From the NCBI RefSeq assembly GCF_006345805.1, contig NC_042998.1, positions 84,134,001-84,198,000 on the forward strand: a DNA stretch of 64,000 nucleotides, given 5' to 3'. Origin of the DNA: Octopus sinensis (Eukaryota). A program made the position numbers and the translations under genes. This document shows, piece by piece, positions 1 to 11,330 of the stretch (the first letter of the stretch is position 1; the number at the start of each line of letters is the position of its first letter). Below the pieces are notes generated by a model that was not told the origin of the DNA, searched no databases, and was given only the letters and a program-made list of their open reading frames with translations.

Positions 1-554
1 CTTCCATATTACCTTTGATGTAAGCTCATTTCCTTGCTATTTTACGCATTGGATTGCAGCGGAAATCGCTAGCGATGATCCATGGCAACGCTAATGCAAC
101 AGCATTCATTAATATTTAACACAACATCCACCACCTTTAAATAAAGTTAATAAATCTTTTATCTCATTCTCTCTCGTTTTCACAAGTTCTCGCTTTCTTT
201 TTCTCTACCTCACTCCCCACCCCTCTCTCTCTCTCTCTCTTTCTCTCTCATTTTTCTATTTCTTTATTCCCCTTTCTCTCCCTCTCTGTCTCCTTTCTAT
301 CTATCTATCTTTTCTACATTATGCTTGAGGACAGTTGAAAATCCATGGCTGTCTTTTATGTTCGTATGAAATGTATGTGTGTATACACACACATATATAT
401 ATACATACATACATACATCTTATATATATATATATATAATATATATATATATTATTACACATATATATATATATAATATACATAGTATATATATATATAC
501 ATTACATATATATGTACATATATATTACTACATACATATATATAATATATATAC

Positions 555-588
<34 letters not shown>

Positions 589-1637
589 GTTAATAAAATA
601 GAACATATGCATATATATAAACATATATGTACGTACCTACCTCTACACGTACATATACACGCCTCACCCTATATGTGTACAGGACACCAAAAAGACGTCG
701 AACACATAGAGAGACGAAAAAACATAGACACAAACCAAGGAACAAGACAAGCAAAAAAGAGATACAGGACAATAAGCCAACGAAAAATCCCCTTCTTCAG
801 TCGCTAAGGTTTCATCTCATAAACGTTTCGAAGGATAACAGCGAGACGTATACTTCGAAGAAAACTTCCTTCCTGCGAAAAGCAAATCAATTAAAATTCT
901 GAGATCTTTTCGCAGAGGGGTAAAAAAGCAAGACGGTAACGACAGTACAACATATAAACAGTAAAAAATATATATAAACAGTGGAAAAATAAATATATAA
1001 CAGTGAGAGACAGGACAAGGAGAACAAGATAAGAAGGCTGTTAACGCCAGACGAAAAAGCATTGCAAACGCTGGATTATAGTGGACGACGAGAGAGAAAA
1101 ATTGTCGACCAGTAGCCTTAGAAGGCGGGCGAGAAAAGACAGGATAGCAGTTACGACGGAAGTATCGTCGCAGATGGACGACGGGAATGGGAGGAGGAGG
1201 AGCAAGAGGAAGAGAGAGAAGGGAATGGTGCGAGGAGACCATGAAGAATAGTGTGAAAGGGAGAGAGAGAATGAAGAATGAGAGAGAGAGGAAGAGACAA
1301 GTTAAGTGAGGGAAAAAAGACGAAAAAGGGAATGGGAGAGAAAGAAAGAAAGAAAGATGCAGAGTCGCGTGAGAGTTAATATCAAGGCTAACTTGATAAA
1401 CGAACAATCTTACTTAATGGGTTGCGTGCGTTTAGTCGTATATATGTTAATAAAAAGAACATATGCATATATATAACATATATGTACGTACCTACCTCTA
1501 CATGTACATATTACACGCATTATTGTGTACAGGACACCAAAAAGACGTCGAACACATAGAGAGACGAAAAACATAGACACAAACCAAGACAAGACAAGCA
1601 AAAAAAGAGATACAGGACAATAAGCACAACGAAAAAT
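589..1637 (-). mobile_element. Non-coding direct-repeat retroelement (Penelope pseudo-LTR / retrozyme-like), one ~857-bp monomer plus a partial second copy
   Basis: 589-788 is repeated at 1446-1637 with small indels. The purine-rich core has no credible ORF. A hammerhead-like motif lies at 787-852. Confidence 0.6.
787..852 (-). ncRNA. Hammerhead ribozyme-like motif, non-circularly permuted
   Basis: Minus strand reads tatacg-UC-tcgctg-tt-atccttc-GAAA-cgttta-(13 nt)-tagcga-CUGAAGA-aggggat. Stems I and III pair; stem II has an A.C first pair followed by 6 pairs including two G.U. Confidence 0.55.
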
Positions 1638-1880
1638 ACCTTATATCTAATATGTGTGTGTATGTGTGTGTGGGTGTGTAGTCATAGATTTTCAACTATA
1701 ATCAGCTCAGCATAACCATTGTGAGAAATAGGGGGAGGGAGAGAAGGAGAGAGAAAGCTGTATAATAAGCCCCACCAACAAGCACACGCATGACCACACA
1801 TATGCATATGTACTTATATGTTGGTATATATATATATATATATAGAAGTATATAGATGCATTTCAATGTACAAATACGTA

Positions 1881-1928
<48 letters not shown>

Positions 1929-2014
1929 CACACATACACACATGCATAGATACATACACACATACAGACAGACATACATACACACATACACACACACACA
2001 CACACATATCTTAT

Positions 2015-2330
2015 AAGGAGCACTCCGTCGGTTACGACGACGAGGGTTCAAGTTGATATGATCAACGGAACAGCTTGCTCGTGAAATTAACATGCACGTG
2101 GCTGAGCACTCCACAGACACGTGTACCCTTAACGTAGTTCTCAGGGAGATTCAGCGTGACACAGAGTGTGACAAGGCTGATCCTTTGAAATACAGGTACA
2201 ACTCAATTTTGCCAGCTGAGTGAACCGGAGCTACGTGAAATATAGTGTCTTGCTCAAGGACACAATGCGTCGCCGGGAATTGAACTCACGACATTACGAT
2301 CGTGAGCCGAATGCTCGAACCACTAAGCCA
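2015..2330 (-). mobile_element. tRNA-derived SINE
   Basis: Reverse complement starts tggcttagtggttcgagc...gtgagttcaattccc (pol III A and B boxes), followed by gtgtccttgagcaagacact. Confidence 0.75.
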
Positions 2331-2416
2331 CCACTAGTTGGAATTTACAAAAAGAAAGACGAAGGCGGGTGTGTAAACAACAAACAGATGTATTAGTTTA
2401 GCGCTCGGGGAGAAAC

Positions 2417-2451
2417 TTTTATGTTTCGAGCCTATGCTCTTCAACAGAAAG
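2417..2451 (-). ncRNA. Degenerate minimal type I hammerhead-like motif in a Penelope-type terminal repeat fragment
   Basis: cttt-CUGUUGA-a-gagc-atag-gctc-GAAA-ca-UA-aaag; a sister copy lies at 32984-33018. Confidence 0.35.
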
Positions 2452-2484
2452 GAAGACAATACATACATACATATATATATATAT

Positions 2485-2516
<32 letters not shown>

Positions 2517-2537
2517 ATATATATATAAATATATATA

Positions 2538-2745
2538 TTCTTTACTTGTTTCAGTCATTTGACTGCGGCCATGCTGGAGCACCACCTTTAGTCCAATAAA
2601 TCGACCCAGGACTTATTTTTTGTAAGCCTAGTACTTATTCTATCGTTCTCTTTTTGCCGAACCGCTAAGTGACGAGGACGTAAACACACCAACACTGGAT
2701 GTCAAGCGATGGTGGGGGACAAACACAGACACAAACAACAAACAC

Positions 2746-2780
<35 letters not shown>

Positions 2781-2934
2781 CGATGGGCTTCTTTCAGTTT
2801 CTGTCTACCAAATCCACTCACAAGGCCTTAGTCGGCCCGAGAGTCGGCTAGAAGACACTTAGCCAAGGTGCTACGAAGTGGAACTGAACCCGGAACCATG
2901 TGATTGGGAAGCAAGCTTCTTATCACACTGCCAC
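2538..2934 (-). mobile_element. tRNA-derived SINE with internal (TA)n/(CA)n (family 'C' in this report)
   Basis: Head agtggcagtgtgataagaagcttgcttcccaatcacatggttccgggttcagttcc; same body and tail as the copies at 16070, 17626, 28300 and 36100. Confidence 0.8.
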
Positions 2935-3153
2935 TAAATGACACATAAAGCCACTAATAAAGACATATTTAAATGCATGAAATACATATGTAGAATATAA
3001 AATCTTCTGCCCTTTTACTTTTTTCACTCATTGGATTGCAACCATACTGGGGTATCACGTCATATGTGGGTGTATGTGTGTACATATATATACGTACATA
3101 TATACATATATATAAATATATACATGCATACATACACACACACAAACACCCAC

Positions 3154-3318
<165 letters not shown>

Positions 3319-3334
3319 ATACGCACTTTCACAA

Positions 3335-3405
3335 ACATAGAAATGACTTTGGGGGTTTTCTGAGTTACCTGAATTATATTTGCATGATTACAGAACAGAC
3401 GTAGC

Positions 3406-3466
<61 letters not shown>

Positions 3467-3535
3467 TACGTCTGTTCTGTAATCATGCAAACAGAATTCA
3501 GGTAACTCAGAAAACCCCCAAAGTCATTTCTATGT
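3335..3535. repeat. Fold-back element: ~69-bp near-perfect inverted repeats around a (CT)n loop
   Basis: 3335-3403 acatagaaatgactttgggggttttctgag...cagacgta versus 3467-3535 tacgtctg...ctcagaaaacccccaaagtcatttctatgt. Confidence 0.85.
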
Positions 3536-3857
3536 ATAATTACTGATTAACTGGATATTTAATACCATAGAAGAAATGACGCGGATGATAAGAATAAGAA
3601 CCAAACAGCCAGCTTTTACAAAGCCACTATTCAGCCCACTAGAAATAGCAGATAAATACCCTTAAACCAATCTTAAACCATCTTTAAACTGAACAGATTG
3701 TGTAACGAGGTTCTAGATACATTGTCTAAAATATAAGATAGGATAGTTATTATAGGAATGCTCAGATCGTAGATCTCCTTGATCAGGATTAATCTGACGC
3801 TAATCATCAACATCACTGTCGTCGAACAGATAGCCTATAGATTAACTAGGCAACAAA

Positions 3858-4646
3858 CTAGCAGAAACGTTAGCACGCCGAGCGAAATGCTTAGCGGTAT
3901 TTCGTCTGTCGTTACGTTCTGAGTTCAAATTCAGCCGATGTCGACTTCGCCTTTCATCCTGCGGGGTAGATTAAATTAAGTACCAGTTACGCACTGCGGT
4001 CGATGTAATCGACTTAATCCGTTTGTCTGTCCTTGTTTGTCCCTTCTGTGTTTAGCCCCTTGTGGGTAGTAAAGAAATAGGTATTTCGTCTGTCTTTATG
4101 TTCTGAGTTCAAATTCAGCCGAGATTGACTTTGCCTTACATCCTTTCGGAGTCGATTAAATAAGTACCAGTTAGGCACTGGGGTCGATATAATCGACTTA
4201 ATCCGTTTGTCTTTCCTTGTTTGTCCTCTCTGTGTTTAGCTCCTTGTGGGTAGTAAAGAAATAGGTATTTCGTCAGTCTTTACGTTCTGAGTTCAAATTC
4301 AGCCGAGGTCTACTTTGCCTTTCAATCAATTGGTGCTCGATAAAAGTCGATCTAATCGACTGGCCCCCTCCCCAAAAAATTCGGGTCTTGTGCTTAGATT
4401 AGAAAAGAATTTCTCAGGCGGCGAGCTGGCAAAAACGTTAGCACCCCGGGCGAAACGCTTAGCAGTATTTCGTCTGCCGCTACGTTCCGAGTTCAAATTC
4501 CGCCGAAGTCGACTTTGCCTTTCATCCTTACGGGGGTCGATAAATTAAGTACCAGTTATGCACTGGGGTCTATGTAATCGACTTAATCCGTTGTCTGTCC
4601 TTGTTTGTCCCCTCTGTGGGTAGTAAAGAAATAGGTATTTCGTCTG
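3858..4646 (+). mobile_element. Nested/tandem array of tRNA-derived MetaSINE-like elements
   Basis: Four ~185-bp bodies each start at GTATTTCGTC(T/A)G and contain gagttcaaattc (B box) and gcctttcatcctttcggggtcgataa (resembles the Meta domain). Three bodies end in a Tx1-like tail. Confidence 0.8.
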
Positions 4647-4788
4647 TGTGAGTTTGTATTTATTAGTAATTATTATTGGAGTGCAAATAGGTTTAAGTTT
4701 CTATTGACTGTTTTTGTGTTATTTTCTGTTATAATTATTGTTCCCGTTATAATTAGTTGTGTGATAGTCTTCGTTCGAAAACTATCGT

Positions 4789-6395
4789 ATGTTTTCCACT
4801 GGGGGGAAAACATTAATTGCTGGCAAGATGCCGAAAAGTGTAACTTCGTCTGTCGAAGAGTCGTCAACCAATAGAGAGGCAAAAAAGGTTGAAACCTTAA
4901 TATTTGGCGATATTTCTGATCCTTCTGAAAGTGAATTTCCCCAACCATCAATGTGTACTGTTATTTCTTTATTGCCCGCAAGGAGCTAAACATAGAGGGG
5001 ACAAACAATGACAGACAAAGGGATTAAGTCGATTACATCGACCCCAGTGCGTAACTGGTACTTAATTTATCGACCCCGAAAGGATGAAAGGCAAAGTCGA
5101 TCTCGGCGGAATTTGAACTCAGAACGTAACGGCAGACGAAATACCGCTAAGCATTTCGCCCGGCGTGCTAACGTTTCTCGCCACCTTAAATGTGTACTGT
5201 TGCAAAGAGGAATATTGACGTGAAAAGCCTTCAAACAGAAGTAAATAAACAAAAAAGAAGTTTTGCGTCGGCGGCTGGAGATGGAACCCGCCAGCTGTCG
5301 ACAAACAAAAATGACCTCATAAAGTACAAAGATATGATAACAATTGAAGACGGTGTTGTGAAAGTTCAACCCCCGGAAGAACTATTAATGTTAGAAAAAA
5401 GAAAAACAATTATTTTTAAAGCTTACTATCTAAAAGAAAAAAATTGATCGAGTGAGCGAAGAGAAAATTGAGAAGTGCTTGAAACCCATCTGGCATGATA
5501 TCAAATACCTAGCCAGAGGGAAGAAGTTTGGTACTATCGAAGTACGACTACAAGATATAGAAAGTGCACAAATGCACTCAGTTAAATCTTTAGAAGCAGA
5601 GGGCGTTGTTTTAATTCCAATATATATGGGAATGAGGATGTCAAAGATACGTATACCAAGAATCCCACCTCAAGTCGACCCTGTGTGGTTGATGGCGGCA
5701 GTCCTGGCAAAAAAAGGAAGATAATATAACGCTCCTTCAGGCTACCGTCACAGAAAAGGCTTATTGAACCGGTCAAACGGTTCACCTAATACAAGCAGAA
5801 CAATCAATTTTAGAACAGTTCCCGGAGAAAATAGAAATTGGGGAGGAATTCCTAAACGTATTCATTGAGCGACGTAAGCCCCGATGTTTCCAGTGTGGCC
5901 AGCTGGGCCATATAAAAAAACACTGTAGAGACGGCGAGGAAGAATCCGATGGTGATGAGGAGGAGAGAGAGAGAAACAGAAGAAAAGAAATCAACTAACA
6001 CAACAAAAAAAAATGGAAAACTCAAATCAACAAAAACAGGTCGAACTAAGACCAAAAAAACTGCGAAAAGAGACAAACCAAAAATAGTAAAGGAAGCAGA
6101 AGAGAGAGGGATAGTCGCGTTATACAGTAAAAATGAAGATTTAATGAGTGAAATAAAAGCGAAAAAAATCAGCCAGTAGGATTGCAGAATTTTCTAATAA
6201 ATATCAGAACTACGAGTTCTACGAAATGGATAAAAAGACTCATAATGTATTACCTAACACGTAAAGAAAGTCGGTGTCGGTGATGAGATTGAATTTTAAT
6301 CAATCCATTTTTCAAGACTTGCCTCCTTCGACCCTATGTCAAGAAAAGGTGGAGAGACCCTCTCCACAAGACACCCCGGATTAAATATGTAAGTA
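4789..6395 (+). pseudogene. Tx1 ORF1 (gag-like, CCHC zinc knuckle), disrupted by a SINE insertion and stops
   Basis: Fragments 4789-4989, 5190-5447 and 5452-5724; knuckle tgtttccagtgtggccagctgggccatata at ~5885-5930; homologous to 59897-60247 and 61882-62640. Confidence 0.75.
4963..5188 (-). mobile_element. MetaSINE-like copy with Tx1-derived tail, inserted into Tx1 ORF1
   Basis: 13-bp TSD AATGTGTACTGTT at 4950-4962 and 5189-5201; near-complete head-to-tail SINE. Confidence 0.85.
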
Positions 6396-9300
6396 ATGTC
6401 TATTCACATTGGTTGTGTAAATGTTCGTGGCGTGATGTCTAGTTGGAAGCAAAGGCGCTTCCTAAATGTCATCAGGGCAAGAACATTGGATGTGATTGTT
6501 GCAACGGAAACCTCGGTGAAAGGGCCAAGAGATCTGCTCCTCCTCCTGAACGGCTATGAGAAATACGTTTCTCCTAGTCGGGCGGGAGGTGGGGGTGGGA
6601 TATTGGTCATACTAAAAAGAAACCGGGTAGCCGAGAAAAAGTTTTTTCTGATCCAGAAGGCAGGTTGGTCGTCCTTGACCTGAGATTCAGTTGTGGCAAG
6701 ATAATCAGGGTGGTTGCAATTTATGCACCCAATGTTATGGGCCCGCAAAGTTAATATTTTCGTGACCTGGGCAAGTTCCTGGCCACGTCACATTCGCTAG
6801 TACTGATAGGAGATTTTAACACAATCTGTGACGCACTCACAGATTGTGTTGGCTCGAACATGGATAGAAAATATAACCCTGGCTTACGGGATCTGCTGAG
6901 TCACTTTCAGCTAGCAAATCCATATAGGTTGGAACACCCGAACACTCCACAGTAGACGTGGTCAAATAGTGATAGGTCTTCCAGAACATATATAGATAGT
7001 GTTTTAATTAGAAAAACAGATAAGTCCATAGCTAAGTGTCCACAGTTTTATCTAGTCAGTTACAGTGATCACAAGATGGTTACCTGTAAGCTGACTGTAG
7101 ATAAGTTGCATAGACAGGGATCGCCGTTTGGCGATTGAGGAGTACAGAAAGCGGATCGAGATGTTAATATAGAAGGCATTGACAGGTACCATCATAAATA
7201 ACAAATGGTGTTACGCCCTAAAAAGAACCATAAAATATGAGTCTATTAGGTTTAGCATAAGTTTAGCTAAGAATAAGAGACGGTCTAGTTAAGGAACTAG
7301 AAGCCTGGAGGACTGGTAATGCGGACCAAGTGAAGGTGAAGAGACTGGAGTTGAACCAGCAACTTGAAGCCCAACACATGGGAATATTGCCAGAGCTAAG
7401 TTACGTATGGTGGGAAGTAAGGAATCAAGGCCGCTGGATGGACCCGAGTGGTGGAAGCTAGACAAGGAAATAGTTTCACTATTCAGTCTTTGACGAATGA
7501 AAATGGTGTCTTGGTAAACGAACCCGAGGAAATGTGTGAAGCCTTTCAGGAGTACTTCACCTAGCTGTTCGGAGGTGATGAAGGTCCTGATGGTGGGGAA
7601 GTCCTCAAGGACTTTCTTGTCGGGCTGTCGGGCTGCCATACCTCTCGGGGTCGAATGCGGAGTCTTGCAAAGGGCCGATGACGCCTGTGAAGGTGATGGA
7701 GGCTATGACCGACTGTAAAGCGGGTAAATCGCCGGGACTTGATGGTCTTCCGTACGAGCTGTATAAATGTATGCCAGACTTGTTCGGGCACCTACTGGCT
7801 GACGTGTACGCGAACTGGCAACAGAATGGGTTTATCCCCAGGTCTGTACGCCGGGAAGTAGTGACTTTGGTCAGAAAGGACTCGGACAAGGGGGACGTTT
7901 TAGATAATTTCAGGTCCATTACTCTGTTAAACGCAGAAGTGAAGATTTTGGCCAAGGTCTTAGCAAAAAGGTTGGCGAGTGTCGTGAATGGTATAGTCAG
8001 GGAGGCACAGATATGTGCCATCCCATGTTGAACCATTCAGGATAATCTCCATCTTATTCGCTATACCATAGAGAGGGTTGGTGTTAAATCTGACAAAGGT
8101 GGGGCATTGGTCCATTTGGACCAGTCTAAAGCTTTTGATAGGGTTGACCATCGATACCTGGCGACTGCGCTTGCGCGGTTCGGCCTAGGCCTTGGCTTCC
8201 TCATGTGGTTTATCGCTTTGTATCACAACATTGACTCGATAGTTCGGGTGAACGGTTTCCTTTCGAAGCCGTTCTGCATCAGGCGCTCGGTTCGTCAAGT
8301 AAGTCCGCTCTCACCACTTTTGTATGTGGTGGCTCTTGAGCTCCAACTGCGAAGGTTGAGTGGCATCCCGAGAGAACCAGGTTTAGCGGAGTTTGTTACA
8401 GCTTACGTGGACGATATCACTATCAGCGTAACCACAGTAGCACGCCTACGTGAAGTGGATAAGGTTATTGAGGTTTACGAGACGGTGGCAGGAGCAAAGA
8501 TTAACCGGGAAAAGTTGGTCGGCTTGCAGCTCGGCACCTGGGTTGGCAAGTCCATGCCTTCAGACAGCGTTGTTGGGTGCTGGACAGAGGGACCGGTTAA
8601 CTAACTGGGAGTCTGGTTTGGACCAGGCTTCCAGATAGAGAAGAACTGGACGGAGGTTTCGAGTAGGGTGGCTGCAGTAGTCAAGACCTGGTCTTATCGG
8701 TGGCTATCCCTGAAAGGGAGGGTGGAGGTGGCCACTGTGTTTATCGCATCGGTCATTACTTACCGCCTGACCGTCGTGCCCTGTCCGGATTCGTGGTTGA
8801 TCAGGTTGGAGAGACAACTCTTTCGCTTTTTGTGGAAGAGCAGGTCACCACTTGTGAAACGCTCTGTATGTTGTCAAAAGCCGTTAAAGGGAGGTTTAGG
8901 GATGCTTTGATTAATAATGCGCAGGCATGCGTTGAGGTTGAGGCATCTCTGGATTCTCCTGGGTGGTGAACGGATGTGGTCTCTGCTGGCCAAACAAATG
9001 TTCCCTGAGTTTAAAAGTTTTTGGGAAGAGGAAGCCTGGCGTTTTCGTAGACCGAGGCCGAGTGAATGGCATAAAGAGTTCCGTAAGGCCCTCCTACTAT
9101 TCCGGCTCTCGGGCAACGCCAGCGGTGAGGGTTCTACACGAATTTTATATAGTGGGTTGGTAGAGTCTGAATGTGACGATGACCTGGGGGCGACTCTAGG
9201 TCTTGGGTATAGCCTGTTCCATCGTATATTCGGATTGAGGACATTGGACAATTTTCAAAAGTCCTTGACCTGGCAATGTTACAGAGGTGCCTTGCCCGTT

Positions 9301-9744
9301 TGGGATAAGCTCGAAAGACATGGTAAGCGTCAGCCCCCGACCTGTCCAAGATGCGGGGAAGACAGGGGAACCGTCTCTCACGCTATTGTCCAGTGTCTGG
9401 AGGTATCTGAAATGTGGGTTTATGCTGAACACCTGTTGTCCGGTGAAGGAAGAGTACGGCTGTCGACTGAGTCAATTATAAAAATTGACCCACCAGAAGT
9501 TTTAACAAGCGAAGGTAAGAGTTGTTTTCTCACGGTTGTAGCAATAGCGAAAGAGGCAGTATGGAAAACTAGGATAAAAAGCATTAAGACAGGCAACTTT
9601 ATGTTCTGTCACGATTTACGATCATTTTTTACTTTTCCTTTGAAAAGGAAGGTCTGACTGGAGAAGAGGTGTCTGTTGGAGAGTATGTTCAAAAAGAGAT
9701 GGAAGCATGTTGTGCGTGCAAGGAACCGTGTGAATAGGCTATAA
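6396..9744 (+). pseudogene. Tx1 ORF2 (APE endonuclease, reverse transcriptase, zinc finger) with several stops and frameshifts
   Basis: MSIHIGCVNVRG...ATET (APE); KSPGLDG, FRSITLLN, LDQSKAFDRVDH, AYVDD (RT); CYRGALPVWDKL..CPRC. Confidence 0.9.
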
Positions 9745-9968
9745 AAGAAGAACAAAAACAAGGTACCAGCAATAGATTGGTGGGGTTGGAGCGTGGCCTG
9801 ATCATCACTACATTTGTGTTGTCTCTGCATTGTTAATTTCATTCAATTTTTTAATATTTTATATAATTTCTATATTCATATTCTATGTAAAATCATAACA
9901 TATTACTGATCCCAATCAGTTGTTTTGTCCATTTCTGTGTTTGGCCCCTTGTGGGTAGTAAAGAAATT

Positions 9969-10310
9969 GGTATTTCGCCGAGGTCAACTTTGCCTTTCAT
10001 CCTTTCGAGGTCGATAAAATAAGCACTAGTTACGCACTGGGGTCGATCTAATCGACTAGCCCTTCCCCCAAAATTTCAGGCCTTGTGCCTAGTGAAGAAA
10101 AGATTATACTATTGCTTTGAAAGCAGCGAACTGGCAGAATTGTTAACACGCCGGGCGAAATGCTTAGCGGTATTTCGTCTTTCGCTAAGTTCTGAATTTT
10201 AATTTCACCGAGGTCGACTTCGCCTTTCAGGGTCGATTAAATAAGTAGCAGTTACGCACTAGGTTCGATGTAATCGACTTAATCCCTTCCCCCAAATTTG
10301 AGGCCTTGTG
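9969..10310 (+). mobile_element. MetaSINE-like remnants (3' part of the LINE's target SINE plus a second copy)
   Basis: ggtatttcg ccgaggtcaactttgcctttcatcc... with the standard tail ccttccccc aaaatttcaggccttgtgcc. Confidence 0.75.
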
Positions 10311-11157
10311 CTTCCCGTAGAAAGAATTATATTATTGCTTTGCATTATTCTATTATTATCCAATTATTTCAGGTTTATAGAGCTCTTTTTATGGGTTCTA
10401 AACATTCAGCAGATTCTTTCACCTTTATTGAAAGATTTAATATTTCAATATTTTCCACCTTCTTTTAATTTTCCCAATATTTTCCGTTAAAAAATAGTTA
10501 TGAAAATATCTTCATTTTGCCCCCTAGAAACGTTGTTAATGCCATATTTTCATTTGCTTCTATCTATTTTGTAACTTAACTCAACTCTCTTTTCATCACA
10601 AACCACTGCATAATTTCAATCCGCTTTCATGGGAACTTTAGCCAAATTCAATTACAGAAAACAATATAGGAGCTTTCTGTAGTTGAATTTGTACTCACAC
10701 TTTCTCTCTTTCTAACTTTCTTAAATCAGTATTCTCTTCCTCTCACTATTTTATTCACTTGTCGACTACAAACTTCCTCAACTGAACGACTTTATTTGAA
10801 CTTCTCTTCCTTCACAATCTGGACTTTTTTTCTATTTCACTTACAAAAAATTCAATTCTCATTTATTGTATACTAACTTCGTCTTAGTTTTCTTATCCGA
10901 TATCCATTTTTCTGATTTTAAAAACTAACCATTTATTTCCTTTACTGAACATGCAAAGCTCATTCTGACAAAAACATTATTGCAAAATATCACAGAATAT
11001 TTTTTCATAAGTATCTTCTCTTGATACTAAATACTTTCAGTCCATTATATTGACAGTGTCCTTCCTAGTTTCAGATTTAGCACTTTCAAATTACGAACAA
11101 GCTGAAACTTTGAAGACAAAATCACTATAAAACTTGTATGAGTTTAATAAACATATA

Positions 11158-11330
11158 GGCGCAGACGTGGTTGTATGATAAGTTTTCTTCCCGACCACAT
11201 GATTCCAAGTTCAGTTTTATTAAGTGGCTGCTTGGACAAACGTTTTCTATTACAGCCACTGGTCGACCAAGGTCTTGTGAGCGGATTTGGAAGACGGAAA
11301 CAGAAAGAAGCCCATCGTGTAAGTGTGTTC
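11158..11330 (+). mobile_element. tRNA-derived SINE family C, diverged
   Basis: ggcgcagacgtggttgtatgataag...gacggaaacagaaagaagcccatcg. Confidence 0.65.

Larger units (their letters stand above)
4647..9968 (+). mobile_element. Tx1/L1-clade non-LTR retrotransposon, near full length, decayed
   Basis: Gag-like ORF1 with CFQCGQLGHIKKHC knuckle, then APE endonuclease, RT and C-terminal CPRC...H..C zinc finger. Flanked by GGTATTTCG at 4634-4642 and 9969-9977. Confidence 0.92.

Noticed and set aside
379-807. 142-aa ORF and the many similar YI/HT/CV/LSIY-rich ORFs (e.g. 13625-14172, 18901-19353, 29271-30248, 30136-30600)
   Set aside because: They are translations of microsatellites, not genes.
817-1407. 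196-aa hydrophobic-looking ORF
   Set aside because: It arises from the CT-rich spacer of the direct-repeat element; low complexity with no recognisable motif.
2015-2330. tRNA-like sequences in SINE heads as true tRNA genes
   Set aside because: They have A and B boxes but no complete cloverleaf, and continue into SINE bodies.
3858-4646. Repeat-spacer-like periodicity resembling a CRISPR array
   Set aside because: The units are whole homologous SINE bodies without unique spacers, the context is eukaryotic, and there are no cas genes.
10330-11100. Purine-rich minus strand that looks like decayed LINE coding sequence
   Set aside because: Many stops and no diagnostic motif that I could identify.
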